Shown here: piece by piece, positions 26,202-37,350 of the stretch
Position numbering within the stretch: position 1 is the stretch's first letter
Layout of the letters: each line of letters begins with the position of its first letter
DNA from: Octopus vulgaris
Lineage: Eukaryota
DNA length: 64,000 nucleotides
Direction of reading: 5' to 3'
NCBI GenBank assembly: GCA_951406725.2
Contig: OX597829.1
Coordinates: 32,674,001-32,738,000 of the forward strand
Translations under genes and position numbers: made by a program
Notes under the pieces: model-generated
Database searches by the model: none
What the model was told of the DNA's origin: nothing
What the model saw: the letters and a program-made list of their open reading frames with translations, nothing else

Positions 26202-26255
26202 TTCTCCATTTTATTTCTTTTAATATATACATACATATGTGCAGGCATATATTAT
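26096..26255. repeat. Perfect ~60-bp inverted repeat around a (TA)n spacer
   Basis: ataatatatgcctgcacat..ggagaaagatatata and its exact reverse complement. Confidence 0.92.
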
Positions 26256-26443
26256 TTATATATACATGTATCGAAAACCTTTTAACCATGCTGGCTGAAA
26301 CGCTTATACGAAAAAGTTTTTTTAAAAAAAACCTGCGATAAATTTGGCAAACAGAATATAATGGGAAATGAGTACATGTAACTATATTTAACCATATATG
26401 TCTTTTTCTGTGTTACACCTTGAACACAGTTGACTGATAACAT

Positions 26444-26500
<57 letters not shown>

Positions 26501-26979
26501 TATCTATCTATCTATCTCTCTTGAAACCATGCCACACATCACGCAAGCACATCACACGTATACACGTACACATACACATACGCTGTATGCAACGCATGCG
26601 CGCAGAGGGGGTAAATACACATTCCTACAAGCACGCATACACACGTCAATAATCTGATACTGAATGTATACTAAAAGTTCTAAGTAGGGGACTAAGAAAA
26701 CATGAAACGCCTTGCTTTTAAAGGTACAAAATTTTGTAGACCAAACTATAAAATGTTTTCTTTTACGACATGTACAGCCTTTTCGAATTACAAAAAAATA
26801 GGGAAAAAAAATAGGTTCAGTACACTTTTTAAGTACGAACTGAACATATTATTCAATCTCTCACTCACCACAAAATAATGGTACAAAGATTCTTTTGAAG
26901 CAGAATAAAGAAATCAAGAAGATTTTACTGTTTTTTCGCACTTGCGCGTGTCTGAGAGAAAGAGAGAGAGAGGGAGGGA

Positions 26980-27013
<34 letters not shown>

Positions 27014-27649
27014 ACGCGTGCGCGCGTGTGTGTGTGCGTGTGTGTGCGTGCGTGCGTGACAATTGATGTTCGTTTATTTACGCCCTCGTAATCTAGAAGT
27101 TCGGAAAAGAATGAACCGATAGAATAAATAGACTTTAAGAAGTAAGTACTGGATCCATTTGGTAGACTAAATCCTTTAAGACAGCACTCCAGCAACAGAA
27201 ACAAGTAAAAGTGTAAAATAATTAAGGAATAAAGCAGATGATATAAAACTCCGGTTTGATTCATTTTTATATCAATGCAGGTCTGCAAGTGTTTGAGAGA
27301 TTATTATTGTTCATGGATGTCGTTCCTGTAGATGACAGGGACGTATTGATCCTCTAGGGAAATTGAAAGTGGAATCAGAGCTCTGCAAGATTTATCATAA
27401 GAAAATCGAAAGAAAACTGGAAAGACGTAACTAAATAGTGTTAAAGTAGTGCTCTATTAGTTTCTGCTATTCCATCTACATTTCTGTATAAAGAAGAAAA
27501 AAAACCCCATCTTTTCCGTTTGTAAAGAATGGCTAACTGTTTAGAGATAACAGATACGCTGAGAGTTCAAATTCACTGTGACTGGTTAGTATTTGGGGAA
27601 AAAATAAAAACTCGATGACTATTATAATTCTTGAACACTATATTATTTC

Positions 27650-27910
27650 TCGCTTGTTCCAGGTCTTAGTCTGCGGTCATGCTGGAGCACTGTATTGAAG
27701 AAGAACTTTTTGTCGAATGAACAGACCCATGTACTTAGTTTTTTTTTAATGCCTGGTACTTATTTTACTAGTCTCTTTTGCTGAACCGCTATATTACGAG
27801 GGCAAAAACACACCAGCACTGGTTGTCAAACGAGGGAACAATCACTGACACAAACACACACACACATGCACAACATGTGTGTGTGTACATACGTACATAC
27901 GTACACACGT

Positions 27911-27959
<49 letters not shown>

Positions 27960-28188
27960 AGATAAGAAAATGGAGAAATACATCTAAATCAAATATCAAT
28001 TACCAGATAATACTCAATCACATACTTTATTAAACCACCACATAGGAGAATGTAGGGTTAAATATAAAAAGCAGAACAAATCAGTGTACATAAAAGAGTA
28101 ACGTTGTATAAGTAGAATATATATAAAAGAGAATATAAATACAAGTAAATATAAATATAAGTATAAATTATATATATATAAATATAAG

Positions 28189-28260
<72 letters not shown>

Positions 28261-28610
28261 GTATGTGTGTATGTATGTATGTATGTATGTATGTATGTAT
28301 GTATGTATGTATGTATGTACGTACGTACGTATGTATGTATGTATGTATGTATGTATGAATGTATGTATGTATGTATGAATGTATGTATGTATGTATGTAT
28401 GTATGTATGTATGTATGTATGTATGTATGTATGTATGTATGTATGTATGCGACGGACTTCTTTCAGTTTCTGTGTACCAAATCCACACACAAAACATTGG
28501 TTGACCCGAGGGCTATAGTAGAAGACACTTGCCCAGGGTGCTACGCAGTGGGACTGAACCTCCAACAATGTGGTTGGGAAGCAAACTTCGTACCGCACAC
28601 CAACGCCTGC
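27650..28610 (-). mobile_element. SINE family A split at its internal microsatellite (3' part 27650-27870, 5' part 28449-28610)
   Basis: Both halves match 6510-6896 in the expected order. Confidence 0.65.
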
Positions 28611-28720
28611 ACCGATTTTGTTAAACAAAGAGCGTCAGTTGGAGATCATAGGTAGCAGCTTTGCGAGGATGTTCTCATATCAGATGCAGTTGAAGGCTTT
28701 ACTGATTGCAACCTTTAAGA

Positions 28721-29115
28721 GTGGCTGTGTGGTAAGTAGCTTGCTAACCAACCACATGGTTCCGGGTTCAGTCCCACTGCGTGGCATCTTGGGCAAGTGT
28801 CTTCTGCTATAGCCCCGGGCCGACCAATGCCTTGTGAGTGGATTTGGTAGACAGAAACTGAAAAGAAGCCTGTCGTATATATGTATATATATATATATAT
28901 ATGTATGTATGTGTTTGTGTGTCTGTGGTTGTCCCCCTAGCATTGCTTGACAGCCGATGCTGGTATGTTTACGTCCCCGTCACTTAGCGGTTCGGCAAAA
29001 GAGACCGATAGAATAAGTACTGGGCTTACAAAGAATAAGTCCGGGGGCGATTTGCTCGACTAAAGGCGGTGCTCCAGTATGGCCGCAGTCACATGACTGA
29101 ATCAGGCAAAGAGAG
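28721..29115 (+). mobile_element. SINE family A, near full length
   Basis: Closely similar to 6510-6896. Confidence 0.85.
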
Positions 29116-29359
29116 ACGGTCATATGATAACAATTGCTGATGGATAGAATAATTGCCGATAGATACCATTGAGTAGGTGATGATACCATTATCCAAGGTG
29201 ATGATGACGATTATTCCATAAGTTTCTGTTTTTTTTTTTTTGGCATAATCGTATGAAGTCATCTGACTCTACTCTATTGACTTTGGGTATACCATACTGC
29301 CTTTCTGACGCCATCTGTAGAAATTCGTTTTCACATTTTCACCTTACTGGTGCCTTCAG

Positions 29360-29633
29360 TCAAGAAAATTTGTCGACAGTACAGTAGTGATTATTTATTG
29401 TTTGGATTTATTTCCTCAAAACTGTTAGTTATCTAGGTGCCTTCTTTGCTATTAAACGTTAACCAACGAAGGAATGGAAACTTCACGCTTGAAGTATCAC
29501 TTTGATGCAAAGCATTCTGACAAGAAGGACAAGCCGTTATCATACTTTTTGCAATGGAGCTCTTCTTTCAAATAGCAAATACAAACATTCAACACGCTAC
29601 TCCAGGAAACTAGTAAACAGGAGAATGACGGTT
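29360..29633 (+). mobile_element. hAT (Buster/Charlie-type) transposase remnant, 5' part
   Basis: KICRQYSSDYLLFGFI and CLLCY*TLTNEGMETSRLKYHFDAKHSDKKDKPLSYF resemble the Buster BED-finger region. Confidence 0.7.
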
Positions 29634-29790
29634 ATTTACATTATTTACATTTGACGGATATTTATCTTCATCTTGTCTGTTGGTAAAATAACGTTTCGGC
29701 TGATATATACCATCCAGGTTTCATCAGGTGTCTTGGGGAAATTTCGAACCTGGGTTCTCATTCCTAAGGTATTTTTCGATGTTGTTGTTG
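29634..29790 (-). mobile_element. PLE pLTR copy with hammerhead motif (29685-29732)
   Basis: Reverse complement of 32175-32352 and 57255-57434; GACAC CUGAUGA..CAGCC GAAACGUU. Confidence 0.8.
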
Positions 29791-29805
29791 TTTTTGTGGT
29801 TGTTG

Positions 29806-29879
<74 letters not shown>

Positions 29880-30780
29880 TAGTTTTATTTTTATAGCGTG
29901 CTTTCACTTCACTACCGAGCGCAGCTCTCTGTGCCTTGGGTATGTGCTGTGTTTTGCTGTGATGCTCTTATGGTTACTGTATTGAAAGTGTTTTACGTAG
30001 GATAGGATGTGTGCAATGCCCAGTAGTGCAATTTTCTGCATGTTATATATATTTGTAAGTCCTGGTGGTTTTTTTATGTATTTGTCTGAATATTTTTTTA
30101 TCATGCCTAATGCACCCCCTATGATAGAAATTGTTTCTGTTTTTAGATTCCACATTCGAGTTACCTCTATTTCCAGGTCTTTGTATTTTGAAAGTTTCTC
30201 CATTTCTTTTGAATACATGTTGTCATCTGCTGTTATTGATACATCAATTAGAAATTTTTCTTCATGATCTCTGACAACTATATGTGGCCTATTGGCCTTA
30301 ATTTATCTATCTGTGAGTATTGACATATCCCAGAGTATGGTTGCTCTCTCGTTTTCTGTGACCTTTTCTGGCGTGTGCCTATACCATCATTTTTCTGTTA
30401 TTATTCCATAGTGTTGGCATAGCTTCCGGTGTATGTAGGTCCCAACTCTGTCGTGTCTGAATATATTCCTTCTTAGCCAGGACTGGGCATCCAGAGATAA
30501 TATGATTTATTGTTTCTTGTCCTTCTCCATATATTTTGCAGTTACTTGTTATGTTTCTTTTCCTTATATGTTTTTGGCAATTTCTGGTAGGGAGGCTTTG
30601 ATCTTGTGCTGCAATAAAAAATCCTTCAGTCTCTGCTTTGAGTCCTGAGCTTCTCAATCATTGCTGGGATTTTTCTCTGTCTATTTCTTTTGCATTTATT
30701 TTAGCCCAGTATTTGCCATCGTTTTATCATGGTCCGTTGCTGTTCTAGTTTTAGTTTGGATTTCATTTGATTTATAGCTT
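29880..30780 (-). mobile_element. R4/Dong-like RLE LINE 3' fragment within (TAA)n
   Basis: LKAETEGFFIAAQDQSL, ETINHIISGC, EKLSKYKDL, IIGGALG; (TTA)n on both sides. Confidence 0.85.
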
Positions 30781-30807
30781 TTGTTGTTTCTTCTTCTTCT
30801 TCTTCTT

Positions 30808-30902
<95 letters not shown>

Positions 30903-30909
30903 TTATTAC

Positions 30910-30953
<44 letters not shown>

Positions 30954-30954
30954 G

Positions 30955-31465
30955 CCTTTGCACGGCTTCTAACGCTGGAGATGTACTACAGTGTCATCTG
31001 TTCACTACCAGTGAACTAAGGTAACACCTCTTATATTTCGAGCACCTTCCGGAATATTCGAGCAGTTCCAAGCAGTGCTGTTTTTTGTAAGTGCTCCACC
31101 CTTATTCCAGCCCCTATTTGTTCCACGTACTTCTCGAGATTTTTGCTCACCGTTCACAGGGCTCCGATAATTATTGGTACTACTGCTACTTTTTTCATCG
31201 ACCACAACTGCTTAACTTCCCAAGCTAACCTGTCATATCTCTCAACTTTTCTTTCTTCCTTATCGCATACCTTGTTGTCAGCTGGACATGCTATATCTAT
31301 GATCCAGCATTGTTTGTTTTCTTTCTCACTTAAGACTATGTCCGGCTTCCTCTTCTCTATTTCATGGTCGCACTGAATCATAAAATCCCATAGGATATTT
31401 GCATTTCTATTTTCAACGATGCCTTCATGTTTGTGGTCGTACCAATTTTTTGCTCTGTCAAGTCC
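30955..31465 (-). mobile_element. R4/Dong-like RLE LINE 3' fragment within (TAA)n
   Basis: KILWDFMIQCDHEIEKRKPDIV..IIDIACP..VVPIIIGAL; flanked by (TTA)n. Confidence 0.85.
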
Positions 31466-31505
<40 letters not shown>

Positions 31506-31519
31506 CATCATCATCATCA

Positions 31520-31719
<200 letters not shown>

Positions 31720-31798
31720 TAACTACTACTATAACTACTACTACTACTAATAATAATAATAATAATAATTATTATTATTATTATTATTTTTTATTATA

Positions 31799-31842
<44 letters not shown>

Positions 31843-32174
31843 TATTATTATAACAACAATAATAATAATAATAATAATTCTGGTTTATAGGCCACAAGGG
31901 CTAACAAAAATCAAAGAAACATGTAAGGACAAATACAGGGCGAAAATTACAAAGGGTTTTGTCCGATAGAAAGGTCCGTGTAAACATTCAAAGTAACAAC
32001 GAAAATATATATAACAAGTAAAACTCTCAATAGGGGGAGGCGCTTCGAAAGGTTACTCGTGGAAAAACCCATAAAAACCAAGGGAGCCGGGTCAAAAGGA
32101 GGTAGAGAGCCCATTTCTCCTTTTATATTACCTTTTTTTTTACAGGTGTAACCTCAGAATTGATCCGTTCATAA

Positions 32175-32352
32175 TAATAACATAGAAAAATACCTTAGGA
32201 ATGAGAACCCAGATTCGAAATTTTCCCACAAGACACCTGATGAAGGCTGGAGGGTATATCAGCCAAAACGTTAACAACAAACAAGATGAAGACAATATCT
32301 GTCAAATGTAAATAATGTGCATAATTCCTCATCTCTTAAATATAGAACTGTA
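32175..32352 (+). mobile_element. PLE pLTR copy with degenerate hammerhead (32232-32272)
   Basis: GACAC CTGATGA A GGCTG..CAGCC AAAACGTT (G12 mutated to A). Confidence 0.8.
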
Positions 32353-32354
32353 TT

Positions 32355-32631
32355 AGGAGAATTAGGGTTGATTGCATCGTACAACATTGCATTGCTTGTT
32401 GCTAATCCACAATAAAGGATTTGTAAACAACCGCATATTTAATACCAACGGCACTGACAGGGCAACGAGTCTACGATAATGTGTGTGTGTGTCAAATGAT
32501 ACAGGGGGAGCTAGGGACTCTGTCTTGTGGGTTGTGTCAGGGTTCCCTTTACACAGGTGGGCGATGGAGTATTTTTTGGCCGATAGGTGGGCTGATATTG
32601 CAATTTGGCGCGAAAAGTTTGGGAAACACTG
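32355..32631 (+). mobile_element. hAT remnant, 3' part with terminal sequence
   Basis: GLIASYNIALLVA continues the Buster protein from 29633; ends in agtttgggaaacactg (Charlie-like CAGTG terminus on the opposite strand). Confidence 0.65.
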
Positions 32632-34022
32632 GTCTAGACTGTCTAGCTACGATGGTTTCCTTGTTCTGTTGGATGTCTGAGGAATTTCGTGCTTCGTAAC
32701 AATGTCTGCGTGGTGATGTACCAGAGTGGGAGAAGGATGGTTCAAAAGAGAAGTATTGTAAGCTTTGTAATTTACCAATACTACTGCTTATCTTCTGTGG
32801 CTAAATCACTTGGGATTTTAAGGGTTTACATGACTGATGCTAAGAGAAATGCCTAGAAAGATTGTCTCAACCACTAACAAACCGTTTCAGAAATACTACC
32901 GCTGTCAGGGAACGTCAGCATAGAGCTGGTGAAACTTCGATCAGATAGTTGAGTTGAAGACGGTTAAAGAGGGGTGTGATGGGTGCAAAACAATTCTGAG
33001 GAGTGTTGCCTTTATTATTATTGAATTCAATGACTGGCCGTACATCTTATGTACCAACTAGAAAACTGATAAGAATAGAGCAATCGAGTACAAACAAAGA
33101 TATTGCTAACTACTCACATGCTTCGCCCTACACCTGAGTAGAGGTTTAGTCAAGAAATGAAAAATATAAAACACAAGCAATAAATGTTGGACTGGACTAC
33201 TAAGTGAAACACGAAAGTGATACGTTACTAAATGCAGTTTATTTGCGTGATAAAAAGACCCAACATGAAAAACATAGATGTAGAGGGTGATATAACATGA
33301 AAAACATAGATGTAGAGAGTGATATAACGAAAGCAACTAATATAATCTTCAACATGGATGAAAGAATTTGAAACCAAACTTAAGACAAGAAAACTTTAAA
33401 TAGATTTAAAAGAACTATCCATAAAAAATCTTTGAGATACAATCCCATGAGAATAAAGACAAACGTGATGCAAAGAAAGAAAAAACAATTTGCAGCTAGT
33501 GAGAGTAAATCGTCAGATAAAACAAAAGATAAGTGAAGAGCAGTATTCTGTGTTTCAACTTAGAATAGAATTCTACAAGTGGCAGCAGTTATTAAAGTTT
33601 GAATGCGTAGGATGACGAGGGTGAGCCAACACTGAACATGTAAGCGTTACAACGCAACCAGAATCCAACTCGACTTCAAATATACTCTAGAGAGATATAA
33701 GAATAGTAAGAGTCAACAAAATATGTAAACATATACCAAAATAATAGAAGCAAAATAGCTTTATGTAATTAACTCATATGAAGGAATATGACTGATTGAT
33801 ATTTCGTACCAAACAGAGAAGCAAATATTGCTATGAACTAGGTAAAAGACAAAGACCTTCCAAATAGTGCTGTAATAAAAAAATAGGGACGGGGTGATAC
33901 AAAAAAAGTTGGATTAGTAAGTTAAAGAATTTAAAATAAATTGAATGAGAAGTTAAGCCACAAACAGCAAGCATCTCCTGCTAGCGGAGTCTATAATCGA
34001 CATGTGTTGAAATGCGACAGAA

Positions 34023-34083
34023 ACCGGAAGTACATTGGTCATTGGAATCACAGTGGCGTTCTGGAAGGACGTATTTTGCCAAT
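34023..34083. promoter_or_regulatory. Possible promoter motif cluster (ETS plus CCAAT)
   Basis: accggaagt at 34023, attgg at 34034 and 34041, ccaat at 34079; motif matches only. Confidence 0.2.
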
Positions 34084-34367
34084 AGCAATCAACTAACTAT
34101 ATTCGGTTACGTAATGTGTAAATCAGTTTGGTAATATCATTATTACTCCCACCACTTTCACTCTATATTCATTCATTTTTGTTCGAATTCTCCGATTCTT
34201 TCATCCTTTCCCTCTTCTTTCCATCTTCCTCTCTTTCTTTTTCCCTCCTCGTCGTTCACTCTGCAAGCACTCTCTACTTCTCCGTTCCATTCTCTCACTC
34301 TTTCTCACTCACTCACTCACTCTTCCCCGCTCTCCTCTCCTCTCTCTTTCCTTCTCTCCCTCCCTCC

Positions 34368-34405
<38 letters not shown>

Positions 34406-34734
34406 TTATTTGATGCCCAAAGTCAAATTACATGTCAAATTAACTCTTCTGAACTCGTGAATTACTAACATGGAAAGCCACCCATTTTAACTTCGTGTGA
34501 TAAATGTATACAAAATATTCTTTCTTAAAAAAAATCCAAAAAACGAATAAGACATTTGTTTTCAACGATAATTTTTTTAATGCAGCTTGGATGTATTTTA
34601 GCGAAATTTATTATTTTCTCTCTCTCATTTTCTTTTTCTTTTATTTTCATTTAGTTCAAGAAGGGGCGACAGGAGCAGTTCTGCAACGGAACTCACTTTG
34701 TTTGGATAAATTAAAGGAAAGTATAAATGAACAA

Positions 34735-34809
<75 letters not shown>

Positions 34810-35779
34810 ATAATAAACAAATTAACAATACAAAGAGCAAATGTAAAAAAAGATGGTTTCCGTTTGTGTAAAATATTACAAATAAGATGTCTTCGCTTAG
34901 TATTGTGACGGTTTAACCTGGGCAACTCATTGGAGGGGCGGAGGAGGAGGAGAGTTGAAGTGGAGGGGAAAAAGAAGAAGATTGAGAGAAAGAGAGAGAG
35001 AGAGAGAGCGGAAGAGAGAGCATTGAGTAGCAAAAAAAAGGGAAGTCAGTCAAGAAAGACAAGAAACCAAAGTAAAAAACAAAAACAAAAAAAGCAGAAG
35101 CAAAAGTGATGTTGTCTCCCGTTTCCCTGTAAGTTTCTCCAATTATTTTCTGCTTCCTCTGGGAAGAAAGAGTAAAAGCTAATGGCTGCATGACATATTT
35201 AGCTGACGGTTATGAGTCACTACTATGTCTTCACGCGCGCGCGCGCTCAGATGTGGGCACACGCTTAAGGTAAACGAATCCTCCGTCGATTTCAACGATG
35301 AACGTTTCAGTTGTTCGATCATCTTGTTCAATTACAAAGTGGCCGAGTACTGCACGGATACATATAGTCTTAAGGGAGTAACAACACGACGCAGTGCGTG
35401 TGCCATAAATATACCTGCAGTTTCTGTCTACTGAAGATGCCCTACTGTGTGATCGAACACGGGAACTCATGATCGCGATGCGAACTTCTTAATTATTTAA
35501 CCTTGGCACAGCCATACACATGCACATAGATGCACGCACGCACACAGACACGCACGTACACACACACATACATGCACACATAAGGAGCACGTTTCCTTCA
35601 GACGTCAGGACTACCAGTCTAAACTATGGTCAAACCACAGTGTCAAATTAATAATCGAACACGATGCAACACAGCGGTGCTACACCAAGAAAATTAGACA
35701 ATTGACATTTATAGACAATTGACATTTATAGACAATTGACAATTAGACAATTGAGCTAATGGGAGAGACTGAAAGAATT

Positions 35780-36135
35780 ACGATTCTACTCACTGAAACG
35801 ATGACAGGAGAGATATGCATTGATTCACATATGGTATATCTCAAAGAGGTTTACGCCAAATTTTGGTATGAAGAGTTATACAAGTACCTGCACTGGACGA
35901 TATTTCAGTGTTCCAAATGTCTCAACCATCACGTCTAGAGTAAAGGCCAAGTAATGTAATAGCTCCAATTCAAGGCCCCACAGTTGGTTAATATCTTGCC
36001 AAAAATCCTGAGAGATCTTCATGGAGTGCAGTATATATTTTCATGAAGCGACTTGACCATCTGCTGTCCAAGATCAGACGAATCTTTATCACGGCAAGAA
36101 GGTTGCAGTATCAAACTCACTCGTTCACCAAAAGT
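35780..36135 (+). mobile_element. CR1/Jockey-group LINE 3' remnant
   Basis: Frameshifted NILPKILRDLHGV, KRLDHLLSKI and SNSLVHQ segments resemble LINE C-termini. Confidence 0.45.
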
Positions 36136-36257
36136 CAACCACATTAGATTGACCATTGAAAAATTGCCTGTGGACTGAAACTTATAAAAGGAATAAAGGA
36201 AATATGTATGTGTGTACGCGCGTAAGTCTGGCTGCCTATCTGTCTATTTGTCTGTCT

Positions 36258-37170
36258 TTACAGATTTTTACAGTTCCAGTGATGGATTAGATCTGTAGTC
36301 TTCGAATTAGCTTTCTTCTTTCTGATTTTGAGAAGTCTAATTTTTCAAGATTGGCATTTAGGCAGTGTGTTACATATCCCAGTGTATAAACCTGAACTTG
36401 TAATCTGGATAGAGTAACTGCAGATTTCTCAATGGTTCAGCTTAGGTGTTCTCTTTTTCAGATTTATGTTAACATCCGCTGGGCAGCAAATTTCCACAAC
36501 TGCGCACAGTTTCTCTTCTCTATCCCAAATCATTATATCAGGCGTGTTGTGCCTACATTTTACTGAGGTCTTCACTGGTACATTCCACCAGTATTCCATT
36601 TTTTATGAGTGTCTACAGCTTCTACTATATTGTGGATTCTTATTTATTTGTCCTCGGGATTATCCTTTCGACGGATTTCATTATACAGTGTCCTAGCTAT
36701 AACATCATGTCTCATCGGTAGATAACACCGTGATGACATTTCTGGACAACTGCTTATGATGTGAGTGATATCTTCAGTATGAACTCCACAAAGTCTGTAC
36801 CGGTTGTCACATTTTACGGCTTTTCCTGCATCTCTGTCCGTTTTGTGCATCAGGTACTTGGTTTATATTTTTTGTTCCTGGATTGCAAACGTATAACCTT
36901 CAAAATAGGAGGTAGCAATCCAGCTATTGGATCATTATAAACTGATCTGATGATCGATGTTACTATCATCACGGAGCTTTCTGCTCGTATATGCTCATCC
37001 TTTCACCAGATGATACGTTGCGGTAGAGTTGTGAGACTTCTTTGAGCATGTATTTAAGGTTATCAGACAGAGAATGTTGCTCGAGGAGCTGCCTTCCAAT
37101 TCTTATGATGCACTTCGACATTTCGTGGTCAAAAGATGTTGCCGAAAGAATATGAGGCTTCTTAAAAGAC
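36258..37170 (-). mobile_element. RLE LINE 3' fragment, family of 1-360
   Basis: FAIQEQKI, RLCGVHTEDITHIISSC, RHDVIARTLY, KHNTPDIMIWD; 5' end abuts (CATA)n. Confidence 0.85.
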
Positions 37171-37189
37171 ATGTATGTATGTATGTATG

Positions 37190-37223
<34 letters not shown>

Positions 37224-37350
37224 TGTATGTATGTATGTATGTATGTATGTATGTATGTATGTATGAATGTATGTATGTATGTATGTATGTATGTATGTAT
37301 GTATGTATGTATGTATGAATGTATGTATGTATGTATGTATGTATGTATAT

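Noticed and set aside
32850-33960. Possible ancient PLE remnant
   Set aside because: Only vague resemblance; no diagnostic motif readable
35695-35755. Short tandem duplications (also 8162-8208 and 33263-33325)
   Set aside because: Ordinary local slippage duplications with no further structure
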